IMG/VR virus record: IMGVR_UViG_3300020576_003495
Location: 96,001 to 160,000 of that record
Source of the DNA: a virus
Lineage: Duplodnaviria; Caudoviricetes
DNA length: 64,000 bases
Reading direction: 5' to 3' (one strand)
The stretch's first letter is position 1. Every line of letters begins with the position of its first letter. Shown one piece after another: positions 35,235 through 44,330 of this stretch. The notes under the pieces are model-generated. The model did no database searches, was not told the origin of the DNA, and saw only the letters and a program-made list of their open reading frames with translations. A program made the translations under genes and the position numbers.

Positions 35235-35777
35235 ATGAAAGGGATACCACTAACATACCCTTATAATGATTGTGTGGGTTACATTCAACACAGTAAGGAC
35301 GGCAGGGCGTATTTGTACCTATACAACCCAACAACTAAAAGAAGGCGTCTAATAGCTTACGCTAGGTATTTATTGTCTGTGGAGTTGGGGCGCTTTTTGC
35401 TGCCAGAAGAACAAGTTGACCACATAGACGATAACCCGCTTAACGATGCGTTGTCTAATCTACAGGTTCTCTCTGTGGATGACCACAAGAAAAAGACAGC
35501 TAAGAGTGCTGCCAGCAAAATAGAGTGGGTAGAGTTTTCTTGCCCTACATGCGGTGTTAAATTTAAACGCACTAGGCGAATTGTTAACCAGAGTATGAAG
35601 TCTTATGGTGATAGTTGGGCTCCAAGCTGTTCGATAAGCTGCGCTACGGCACGCACTAAAGGTACATCTGACGACACTAAGCTTAAAATAAAACAGCTTA
35701 GGCTTTTGGGGCAGTCTGGTTATGAAATAGCCAGTGCTCTAGGCGTTAGCAGGAACACGGTAATGAAGTATTGGTAA
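35235..35777 (+). CDS. HNH homing endonuclease with C-terminal HTH
   Basis: VDHIDDNPLNDALSNL, LGVSRNTVMKYW; paralog of 1668..2210. Confidence 0.9.
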   Translation: MKGIPLTYPYNDCVGYIQHSKDGRAYLYLYNPTTKRRRLIAYARYLLSVELGRFLLPEEQVDHIDDNPLNDALSNLQVLSVDDHKKKTAKSAASKIEWVEFSCPTCGVKFKRTRRIVNQSMKSYGDSWAPSCSISCATARTKGTSDDTKLKIKQLRLLGQSGYEIASALGVSRNTVMKYW

Positions 35778-35781
35778 TTTT

Positions 35782-35857
35782 GCTTTCGTGCCTCAATTGG
35801 TACAGGACAACTCTTGTAAGGTTGCATTTGTCGGTTCGAGTCCGACCGAAAGCTCCA
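35782..35857 (+). tRNA. tRNA-Thr(TGT)
   Basis: CAACT-CTTGTAA-GGTTG, CCA. Confidence 0.92.
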
Positions 35858-35863
35858 AGAACG

Positions 35864-35899
35864 CAGCTTGAGTGTGTTCGATTCACACAACCGGCACCA
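35864..35899 (+). pseudogene. 3' half of the disrupted Thr-type tRNA
   Basis: GTGTG-TTCGATT-CACAC-AACCGGC-A-CCA. Confidence 0.85.
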
Positions 35900-35965
35900 A
35901 AATAATGCTTGACAAAACTGTTGCATAGAGTAGAATCACTTCCACTTATAACGGAGTGATTAAAT

Positions 35966-36250
35966 ATGAATACTATTAAACAGGAGGATACCCCCGCCCG
36001 TCGACGTTACACCATTCAAACCGTGTATTACTTGCGGGATAAGGTAGTCCGTACCAATCATGCGGCACACGCCAACAATGCCGTGCAGAACTGCGTAGGA
36101 CACATGCAACTCAATCGCTATGCCGCCATGAGGGCGGAAGTGTTTGACAGCGCCAGCGGCGTGCTGCATGCGGTTATTACCCGTAGTATTGTTGGGCACA
36201 TCGGTATCGTGTTCAAGCGTGAAGTGAAGGAGCACTACAATGGCGGATAA
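35966..36250 (+). CDS. hypothetical protein
   Basis: promoter 35909, ACGGAG RBS. Confidence 0.65.
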   Translation: MNTIKQEDTPARRRYTIQTVYYLRDKVVRTNHAAHANNAVQNCVGHMQLNRYAAMRAEVFDSASGVLHAVITRSIVGHIGIVFKREVKEHYNGG

Positions 36251-36659
36251 AATCTCTAGGCATGAGCAGTTGGTGCGTGCGGCTAAAGGGCGAGCCATTA
36301 TCACGTCTTACTTGAATACCAAGACAGAACCCGTTCCCCGTGGGAAAATATTGGAAGACTGTGGAGACAGACTGGCCGAGTTGGATTATACCGAATCGAG
36401 TCTGGACAACTTTCTGTACACCATGGGTAACAGCGGTTTGTTGACCAAGAAGCCCGACCCTACCGGAAAATTATATCTGTGGAGTACCATGCCCAGCGAT
36501 GGGGGCAAAGTGCCGTTGCGAAAGGCACCATCGAGTAAGGTCAAGGATAAACAGGACAAAGCTAGTCCAGCAGCGATTACACTGGACATTATCAAGTCGT
36601 CGGGGCGTGTTCGGTTGACGATCAACGGTCTGGTGATCGAAGTCGGTGTGATTGAGTAA
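36240..36659 (+). CDS. putative winged-helix protein
   Basis: AGGAG RBS, wHTH-like N-terminal region. Confidence 0.55.
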   Translation: MADKISRHEQLVRAAKGRAIITSYLNTKTEPVPRGKILEDCGDRLAELDYTESSLDNFLYTMGNSGLLTKKPDPTGKLYLWSTMPSDGGKVPLRKAPSSKVKDKQDKASPAAITLDIIKSSGRVRLTINGLVIEVGVIE

Positions 36660-36710
36660 GCACCCACCAAAAAACTCTTGACAAACGTAGATGGTTGCAG
36701 TAGACTGTAG

Positions 36711-36985
36711 TTGTGTTTCGGAGAATCGTTAGAGTGAAACACGGTATGGAAGACAGGACGCGCATTCCGGCATCAAAAAGCGCCTGAGTTACCCGAATCG
36801 AGTAGGGTTGGCCTCTGAAAAGAGTAAGTCCAGTAAGGGTGTTAGTAAGGGAACGGTGACGCGGATCGGTGTAGCGTAGGTGCCTTCGGGCCGAGAGTGG
36901 CAAAGTATGAGCCAGCAGACCATGTAGCCGACAACGAGCCTGACACAAAGCCGCGAGTAGTGTAGACGACGATTCTCCAAAACAA
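36711..36985 (+). ncRNA. promoter-driven structured ncRNA candidate
   Basis: TTGACA-17-TAGACT upstream; terminal helix GGAGAATCGTT/GACGATTCTCC; no ORF. Confidence 0.65.
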
Positions 36986-37691
36986 TTGAAATTACTTGCA
37001 ACGGAGTGTTAAGTGAAAAAGAGAAGCGCAAAACGAAATGTCTGGGGTAACGTGGTTGGTTACGAGGGTGGTCGTCGCGCCGAAGAATTTGGTCACGCTG
37101 ATTACGCTGATCTTTGGGCTGAGTTGTGGGTTAGCGGGATGAGCAGAGAAGAAGCAGAGTGCAGGGCGCTTGATTCACGCACTCGTGAGCCTGTTCATGG
37201 TGTTGGGCATATGCAAGGTCGGGGTGCCGCATGACCGTACCTTTCAAGCAAGATACGTTTTACCGATGTTATGATGAGGGTTGGGGGGAGAAGGGTGTTT
37301 ATGATCACGAACTATCCTTTGACCAAGCGTATCAGCACATAGTCGATGCGTCTGGAAAAGATGTTGCTGACATGTGGGTAAAGTATGAAGACCCGATGTT
37401 CGAGTACGGTATGTTTGGACACACTCGCATGGTTGCTTCGCTTTGGTTTGATCCTGATGATTGGGAAGGGTCTGATGACTGGTAATACTGATAGGGGGGT
37501 GGCTAATGAAAGCTGAATACAGGAAGTTGAACGACAGAACACAGAACAGCAGCACTTACCACAAGAAGGATGGCACTGCTGTTCGGGCCAAGCTTAACGC
37601 TGAAACCCGCAAGGAAGAACTGGCAAGGCAAGCACAAAACCCTATGCCTGTTCATGGTTTTTGGTAGGCTATTAGTTTGGCGGTTAACATT

Positions 37692-37855
37692 GCAAGGGTA
37701 GTTCAGTCCGGTAGAACCATCGCTCTGGATATATTGAAACGGAAACAGCTAAGGAAAACAAGTAAGGCTGATACCTGCCACACTGCACCCGAAAAGTGCA
37801 ACACTGTGGCCTCAAGTGAGTGTAATCGCAGGTTCGAATCCTGCCCCTTGCACCT
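37692..37855 (+). ncRNA. tRNA-like RNA with a ~90-nt structured insert replacing the anticodon loop
   Basis: perfect acceptor GCAAGGG/CCCTTGC, canonical D and T arms. Confidence 0.8.
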
Positions 37856-38302
37856 AACGGATATTTATGAAACTGACTGACGAATTAAAAAACAAGATTG
37901 ACAGCATGAGCTACATTGACATGCTAGCCCAGTGGCGGTTTTACCCAATTGGCTACGAACTGTTTCAGGATGAATCGGGTGAGTATTTCTCAAACAGGCT
38001 GTTTGCTTTGCGGGATGCTTATCCAGATGCCGCTGTGGCCGCAAGCAAATCAATAGGGTGGGATCAATGAAAGCCGCTATCGTTATTGATTCATGGAAGT
38101 ACGAGATTTTTGATCGCAACCTTCGTCAGTTTGGTTATGCTTATGAAGAAGCCCCAAGCCTGACTAAGACTACACGGACGCTTCTGGTTAAGACCGACAA
38201 TCTTGAAGCCTTGGCTGAAGTCGTGAAGAAATCAAACATCGAAGCGGCTAAGACAAAAAAGGCTTGACAAATGTTTTAACCTGCTGTATCATACTTTTCT
38301 TT

Positions 38303-38384
38303 GAAAACCTTTTCGTAGTCCAGTGGCAAGATATGTGACATACCAGACACGACGGCGGGTTCGATTCCCCCCGAAAAGGTTTTC
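38303..38384 (+). ncRNA. tRNA-like RNA with 13-bp acceptor helix and no valid anticodon arm
   Basis: GAAAACCTTTTCG/CGAAAAGGTTTTC, D-like and TTCGATT loops. Confidence 0.6.
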
Positions 38385-38613
38385 CGTAGCACTAGGGTAC
38401 TTTTTGATCGACAGTTTTTAGTAACGCACTGGTAGACGATTCTACCGTTAAGCCCTCGGAACTAGGTGGCACTAGGGGCGGTGCTGCCACTACCGAAAAC
38501 TGCCGTTCAAAGAGTATTTAGGCGGGGCATATTCGTTACAGGGCGTTTGAAGTCCCGTAGGGCGCGGGTCTAGTTCTGTAGGGGAGTCTGGATAGCCCCG
38601 CCTAAGTATTTTT

Positions 38614-38698
38614 GCGGGTGTGGTACAAAGGTGTGCACTTGCCTTCCAAGCAAGCAGTCGAAAGACGTATGAGAGTTCGAGTCTCTTCACCCGCTCCA
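38614..38698 (+). tRNA. tRNA-Gly(TCC) with long variable arm
   Basis: CTTGC-CTTCCAA-GCAAG, U73, CCA. Confidence 0.9.
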
Positions 38699-38875
38699 AG
38701 TTTTAGTCAGTGCAGTGCATCGGAACGGTTCGGGTTCTGGTTGGCAGCAAGGTCGTGTCATGGTCGAAACAGTTGATGCGGTACTGCACTTACTAAAGTC
38801 AGGTCTGTATTGAGGTTGTCACAGGTTCCATACCCCTATGGCTGGAAATCCGGCAACGGTAGAGCAGACTTGATA

Positions 38876-39150
38876 ATTGCTGTAATTCTACTTGACGGTA
38901 AGCGTTTCGGACGCGGGGGCAGAACCCGCCGCCTCCACCAAACAGGGTCTTGCAAAGGGCTTTGCTTAATGGGGGCGACACAGTTTCGACGGGGCGTGGA
39001 TAAGATGGTGGCAGCAGGATAGGTGACTGCCCTAAGCAGCGCAAAACTTTAACTGCAAACGACTCGCAGTATCGTGTAGCGGCTTAGCCGTTACGGAGTT
39101 TGCCCACCAAACCTACTTTGTAGGGGGCTTGGCAACAGAAAGTGGGCAGT
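38876..39150 (+). ncRNA. ssrA: permuted two-piece tmRNA, tag (A)ANDSQYRVAA
   Basis: acceptor piece ends CGCCTCCACCA (38940) upstream of coding piece GGGGGCGAC...TTCGAC (38971); tag ORF 39055-39087. Confidence 0.93.
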
Positions 39151-39658
39151 ACTTTTTATGGTCACCCATAAAAAAATTAAACGCCATTTCTTTACGGCAG
39201 ATAAGGCAGCTAACCCTACGTTGTTTTTTACCCTGCATGGGGTTGTTACCAGAAGCCGATTGTTCTTTTCGTTTAGTTGTGATGTAGTCTTTGAAAGACG
39301 GGTCATCCCTAGTTTTTTTCCACAAGGCACCAGACCCGAGTATTCCAGCGGCTCGTTTGTTCATAGTGCTAAATAGCACGGGCTGGACGGCTATATTGAG
39401 GCTTTGTTTAGACGCATAAGTTTCGCGTATAAGGGATTGTTCATATTCAAACGCAGCTTCTTTATTGGGAAACTCAGCAATAACTTTGTAGTCGAACAAC
39501 TTGAATCGGGGTTTTACTAGCTTAGACGAGGTTTTATAAATGTGCCCAAGGTCTTCAAGGGCGGGTACTTTATTAGCCCACCTGACACCGATATAAAATT
39601 CTTGTGTTTCTCTGTTGGTGCATTGGTACACGTATGGTAGTATTTTAGGTGAGGTCAT
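39113..39658 (-). CDS. GIY-YIG-like homing endonuclease
   Basis: YVYQCTN...FYIGVR, YEQ..I, NNPMQGKK. Confidence 0.8.
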   Translation of the reverse strand: MTSPKILPYVYQCTNRETQEFYIGVRWANKVPALEDLGHIYKTSSKLVKPRFKLFDYKVIAEFPNKEAAFEYEQSLIRETYASKQSLNIAVQPVLFSTMNKRAAGILGSGALWKKTRDDPSFKDYITTKRKEQSASGNNPMQGKKQRRVSCLICRKEMAFNFFMGDHKKYCPLSVAKPPTK

Positions 39659-39860
39659 AAGGTATTTTACCTTTTGTTGATTATTCTGACAACAGAATCT
39701 AACCCTTACCACCTACTTCGAGGGGCATTGTCGAGTAAGCAAGCTGTGTGGGGTTGATTGTCGACGGACGATACGAGCGCACAAGGAAACGAAAGATGCA
39801 GCTTTGGGGATGGTACCGTTCCCTTAGAACATAGAACAGTGCAACGCGAAGTGTGTGTTT

Positions 39861-39992
39861 TTAGCAGGGGTGGTCTCACTGCAATGAATGGGCACCATGG
39901 AAGGCTCAGACAAAGCAGGACGAAACGAGACTATGCTATCGGGAGGCATCCTTATAGATGACGAAGGGTTCAAGTCCCTGCACCCCCGCTAA
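39861..39992 (+). ncRNA. structured RNA with T-arm-like element
   Basis: TTAGCAGGGGTG/CACCCCCGCTAA helix, AGGG-TTCAAGT-CCCT. Confidence 0.5.
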
Positions 39993-40334
39993 GAGCATAC
40001 TATGTGGAGTTATTATGAAAGCAACACCGAAATCGTGTTCATGCGTACAATGCACGTATGGCAAGAGAACAAAGCCGGGTAAGACCATGTTGAAGAAAGC
40101 TGAGCGTGCTTTCAGGCACGGCAGCAAGCAAGCCCTGTCGATGGGTAAAGAAGACTATCTTCCTGCCCCAAAGACGGATAGAATAAGTTAGGATTTACCT
40201 TGATGGGGTCTGGCTTAGGTGTCGATGTGGGGCCAGCATCCAAGGTGACAGTTAGACTCCATCAAAGTGAGTGCTACCTTGTACTGCGTGATAACACGCG
40301 GCAGCGGTACGGTCTGATCGTCAGACCACTCACT

Positions 40335-40476
40335 ACCTACCTTGGTGGGCACTGGTAACACGGTCAGAGTTGGGCGCTGGCTGGCTGGTAGCGACCGATT
40401 TAGTCGGCTTAAAATAGCTATCCGCAGCGTCTTCCGTAGCTAGTGCACTAGCTGATCAGTGCCCACCAAAGTAGGT
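40335..40476 (+). ncRNA. long rod RNA with internal bubbles (6S-like candidate)
   Basis: ACCTACCTTGGTGGGCACTG/CAGTGCCCACCAAAGTAGGT closing helix. Confidence 0.5.
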
Positions 40477-41169
40477 TACAGGAAACGTCAAGGCAAAAAG
40501 CCAGTCTCACGGGTAACACCCGAGCATGGGGCGTGATGGCAAGCCACAGGAAAGGGAGAACGGGAAACCGCAGTCCTGCCTGACTTGAAGCTAACGGGAT
40601 TCGCCCCGGTGCCTGTACCTACACCTTATTGGGGGTCTTATGGAAACCGCTAACGAAAAAGTAGGAACTGCTGTTATTGTTGATGGGCAGATTGTGGCGT
40701 GGTTTTCTGAGTGGGATGAAGCTGCACGAGATTGGTGTACAGAGAACTTCTTTGGGTTGTGGTTGACGTTCCGAGCTAAAGCCCCCGCGATTATTCCTTT
40801 GACTGAGGATGAGATTGTTGAGATTGAAAAAGGTGCTGCTGAACTGTGTGCTAAGTTTGCCGACATGGGCGAGTCGGGGTATTGAAAGTGATTGTAGTCT
40901 TGCCGGGGGAATAGTTATGCTTGAGAATACGCAGAAGTGGGTACACCTAGTTATGGATTCATCGACAACCCCTATTAGCTACTTTGTTGATGGGGTGCTC
41001 GCAACAGAGCAGGAGTACCACAAGTTGAAATTCGTGGCTGTTCGGCGCGGGATTAACCCTGACTTTTATTTGATTAACGTGTCAGACGCTAATCATTAGA
41101 AATTGAAAGTAATTGCAATTTTCGGAAGATTGCCTCTGTGTTAGAGTTGTGTTTTATGCGGGGTGAGCT

Positions 41170-41511
41170 ATGTTTGCTAAAATTCTGAAAGGTGGGCCGG
41201 GGTCAGGGCCGCACGCCGTAGGTGAGTTATATCGCGGCCACAGGATTTACACTTCGGTTTCGCAAAGCAGCACAAAGGTTCCTAAGTTCGTGGGCGGGAA
41301 GCAGACGGGTTATCAGAATAAGAAGCTGGATGTTCCTAAGTACGAACTGCTTCACCCAGAAGATCACAAGACCTTGATTAACCCAAAGACAGGGGAAGCA
41401 TCAAGCGATTGGGCTAAGACGCAGTATTGGAGTACGCGAGGGACGTTGGATGACGCCAAGAAGGCTGTGGACGCCCTGCACGAAAAAGGATTATCACAAT
41501 TTAAAGAATAA
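41170..41511 (+). CDS. hypothetical putative virion protein
   Basis: leader MFAKILK-GGPGSG. Confidence 0.7.
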   Translation: MFAKILKGGPGSGPHAVGELYRGHRIYTSVSQSSTKVPKFVGGKQTGYQNKKLDVPKYELLHPEDHKTLINPKTGEASSDWAKTQYWSTRGTLDDAKKAVDALHEKGLSQFKE

Positions 41512-41515
41512 CACT

Positions 41516-41590
41516 CGTGGTGTGGCAGAGAGGCTATGCAACTCTTTCATACGGAGTACCACGGAGATTCGAATTCTCCCACCACGACCA
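41516..41590 (+). tRNA. tRNA-Met(CAT), elongator type
   Basis: ACTCT-TTCATAC-GGAGT, CCA. Confidence 0.88.
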
Positions 41591-41607
41591 GTTTTATTAG
41601 AATCATT

Positions 41608-41677
41608 ACCCCCTCCAATGGAAGGCTTGTGGTCTACGAAACCGCTATGATACGTTCGATGCGTATAGGGGGTGCCA
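41608..41677 (+). tRNA. tRNA-Arg(ACG), minimal D arm
   Basis: GTGGT-CTACGAA-ACCGC, CCA. Confidence 0.82.
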
Positions 41678-41684
41678 GTTTTAT

Positions 41685-41759
41685 GCGGGGTTGGGTGAAA
41701 GATTAGCCGCCTCTCCTACAAAGAGTTCGATGCAGGTTTGAGTCCTGCACCCCGCACCA
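41685..41759 (+). tRNA. tRNA-Val(TAC)
   Basis: loop CCTACAA, CCA. Confidence 0.87.
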
Positions 41760-41765
41760 TGTTTT

Positions 41766-41833
41766 GCCCTTGCCAGTGGATAGGGCTTTGGTTTCCGATA
41801 CCGAAGCTGTAGGTTCGATTCCTACCAAGGGCG
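41766..41833 (+). tRNA. tRNA-Arg(CCG), minimal D arm, no encoded CCA
   Basis: TTGGT-TTCCGAT-ACCGA. Confidence 0.8.
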
Positions 41834-41854
41834 CGTAGTGTAACGGAGTGTGGA

Positions 41855-42472
41855 ATGAAACCGCTGAAGTACGCTGATGAAGCCCTTGACATGTTTACCA
41901 AGCTGCTAAAAGTGGCTGGTACAAAAGATCGCATGCAGCAGGTAGAAGACGCTTTTGGGTTTAAGCAGTACGGGATACTGGACGCACTAAAATCAGCGCC
42001 ACGGTTCATGATGCCCGATGCGGGGCTGTATTTTGAGAACAAGCAAGAAGCCCTGAAAGTGGATGATGAAATACTCCACTTGCCGTACCCTGAAATAATT
42101 TTAGAGTATGCCTTTCCAAAAACACTTCATGATTTGAGTGACCCAAAATCCCCCGAAGGGGGCGGGTATTGTACAAAGCGCATCGTCATTGTAAGGGAGC
42201 ATACCGCAGGGGCGGATGACATGGGCAAGGGTGGTGTTGAGTTCTCTGGGATCATGATCCTACCCGTATTGTATTTTGACGACATGGGTAAGTGGATTAC
42301 TACGGATGGGTTCTCCATGATCCCCCGAACGGAAGGACACACAGATGAGGTTATGGGCGCTCACTGCATGTACACCAAGCACCACCAAGTTCCGCTGATC
42401 GCACTGAAATCATCAAAGCTTCTTTTTGAGCAAAAGGGTTTGGGTTACGCCCTGTATTGTGGGGAACCCTGA
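41855..42472 (+). CDS. hypothetical protein
   Basis: ACGGAG RBS, clean ORF. Confidence 0.65.
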   Translation: MKPLKYADEALDMFTKLLKVAGTKDRMQQVEDAFGFKQYGILDALKSAPRFMMPDAGLYFENKQEALKVDDEILHLPYPEIILEYAFPKTLHDLSDPKSPEGGGYCTKRIVIVREHTAGADDMGKGGVEFSGIMILPVLYFDDMGKWITTDGFSMIPRTEGHTDEVMGAHCMYTKHHQVPLIALKSSKLLFEQKGLGYALYCGEP

Positions 42473-42560
42473 GTTGGGAGTGATTACCAAGGACTACGCC
42501 TTGGTCAAGTAGCTCTATTTGTGTTAACCTACGGGAATTGTCCCAATTTTATTAGAAAGG

Positions 42561-43127
42561 ATGTGTGCTGTGAGTGCGCTTGTTTTAACCCTAGACGGAG
42601 CCGGTACCCCACTCAGATGGGATACGTGGGAGGACGCCGCGATTGCCCACTGCAAGAATCAAGTTGCGTGGGCTACGGGGGATTTGACCGACCATTTTGG
42701 TGGAATCAACCGCATTTCCGGCAACCGTTCGTTTATCTCCATTCCTTCAATCATGGCGTTGAAGGGTGTGTACGCCAAGTCCCGCAAGATCGTTCGGCTT
42801 AACAACCGGGCACTGTTCGGTAGGGATCGCCATACCTGTGCTTACTGTGGGGATGTGTTTCAACCAAGTAAGCTGACGCGGGATCATGTTGTTCCTGTGT
42901 CGCGTGGTGGGAAGAACACCTTCATGAATTGCGTAACGTCCTGCAAGAAGTGTAACAACCGAAAGGACAACAAGCTTCTTGAAGAATGCGGCATGGTTCT
43001 TCTGTACTTGCCTTATGTTCCCTGCAACAACGAAGCGCTGATCCTAGCCAACCGCAACATTCTGGCGGATCAAATGCAATTCTTGCTTGCGAAAGTCCCT
43101 AAGCACTCTCGGGTGTTTATGTCATGA
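42561..43127 (+). CDS. McrA-like HNH endonuclease
   Basis: LFGRDRHTCAYCG, TRDHVVP.SRGG, NCVTSC..CNNRK. Confidence 0.93.
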   Translation: MCAVSALVLTLDGAGTPLRWDTWEDAAIAHCKNQVAWATGDLTDHFGGINRISGNRSFISIPSIMALKGVYAKSRKIVRLNNRALFGRDRHTCAYCGDVFQPSKLTRDHVVPVSRGGKNTFMNCVTSCKKCNNRKDNKLLEECGMVLLYLPYVPCNNEALILANRNILADQMQFLLAKVPKHSRVFMS

Positions 43128-43128
43128 A

Positions 43129-43165
43129 AGAGCCTCTGCCCTTCGGGGTGGGGGCTTTTTTTTTT
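43129..43165 (+). terminator. intrinsic terminator
   Basis: GC hairpin with TTCG loop and long T tract. Confidence 0.85.
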
Positions 43166-44330
43166 CGCCTGTCGTTTGCCTGATTGAAAGTAATTGCAAT
43201 TTACCTTGACAAACTATCTTAGGTGATCTACCGTGTAGTAACTACATACAGCAGGAGAACTATCATGATGTGGATTCTACATATTGTTGCTTTCATCTTT
43301 TTCTTTCCAGCGTTGTTCATTACGATCCCGCTGCACCTTTTGATCATCAAGACGAAAGCACAGCAGCAACCCCCGCAGCAGTAAGTAAGGTGAAGGTTTA
43401 TTTCCACAGACACATTGACAAACTGTGGGGTTTGTGAGATACTGACTGTACTTAATCAACGGAGTGATTTAAATGAGCTACCCCAAGTGCGACACTGCGA
43501 TTTATCAGACTCGCACTAGCCGAACTGTAAACAAGCTTGGCGATGCAGCGTTCCATGGGTTTAACCAAGGGTTCTTGCTGGAAGCTTTGTGCGGATACAA
43601 TATTGACGCCCCTGAACAATTACCAAGCGGGAGCATGAAGTCCTACGGTAAAACTGACCCTTTCATGCTACCTAGCATACACTCAAGGGAAGACGACAGC
43701 GTTAATCAAGCGTATCATGACTCAGTAGCAAAAAAATTGATCGCTCAAGTTCTTGCAGACCTTGAAGCGGAACGAAACAAACTTTAATCAACGGAGTGAT
43801 TTAAATGGCTGAACAAACCAGAAAAGAAAAAAGTCTTCAGATGTTTGGTCTTGAGGACATTCATGCCTTTGTTGCCCAAGCGAGGGCCAGCAGAACCTAT
43901 ACGACTTTGGGTGGCAAGGAAGTCGTTGTTAACCTCTTGTCTGATGCGCAACATGAACTGATGCGCGGTCGTGATGACGGTGCGCGTCGGATAATCAATC
44001 TGGCAAAGTACCTTCTCACGGAAGAAGGATTCGTATGAAAACCAAGAATTTTGAAATCATCAACCACGGAATCCACAACGAACAGTACTTTCAAGGCTGC
44101 GGAACAGCGTTTTCCAGCTACGACTACTGCTTTACGGGGATTGGAAACTCTGCATCGGAAGCCTATGAGAACGCTCAGGAACAGGCATGGTCATGCGCCG
44201 ATGATGATTTGAAGAAGGTGCTTGAAAAACTCCCCACAGGACGCGGGGCACGCATGAAAAAGCGACCCACGGTGCCGAAGAAGTGGGAAGACAGTTACTT
44301 CTACGTGTCGATTAGACTTAAGGTTGAAAA

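Noticed and set aside
920-35899. Group I or II introns as the explanation for split tRNAs
   Set aside because: Inserts are filled by ORF plus tRNA with no room for a ribozyme core, and the old anticodon arms are partly deleted so splicing would not restore a tRNA.
39873-39931. Hammerhead ribozyme (GGACGAAAC string)
   Set aside because: No CTGANGA core in the required position.
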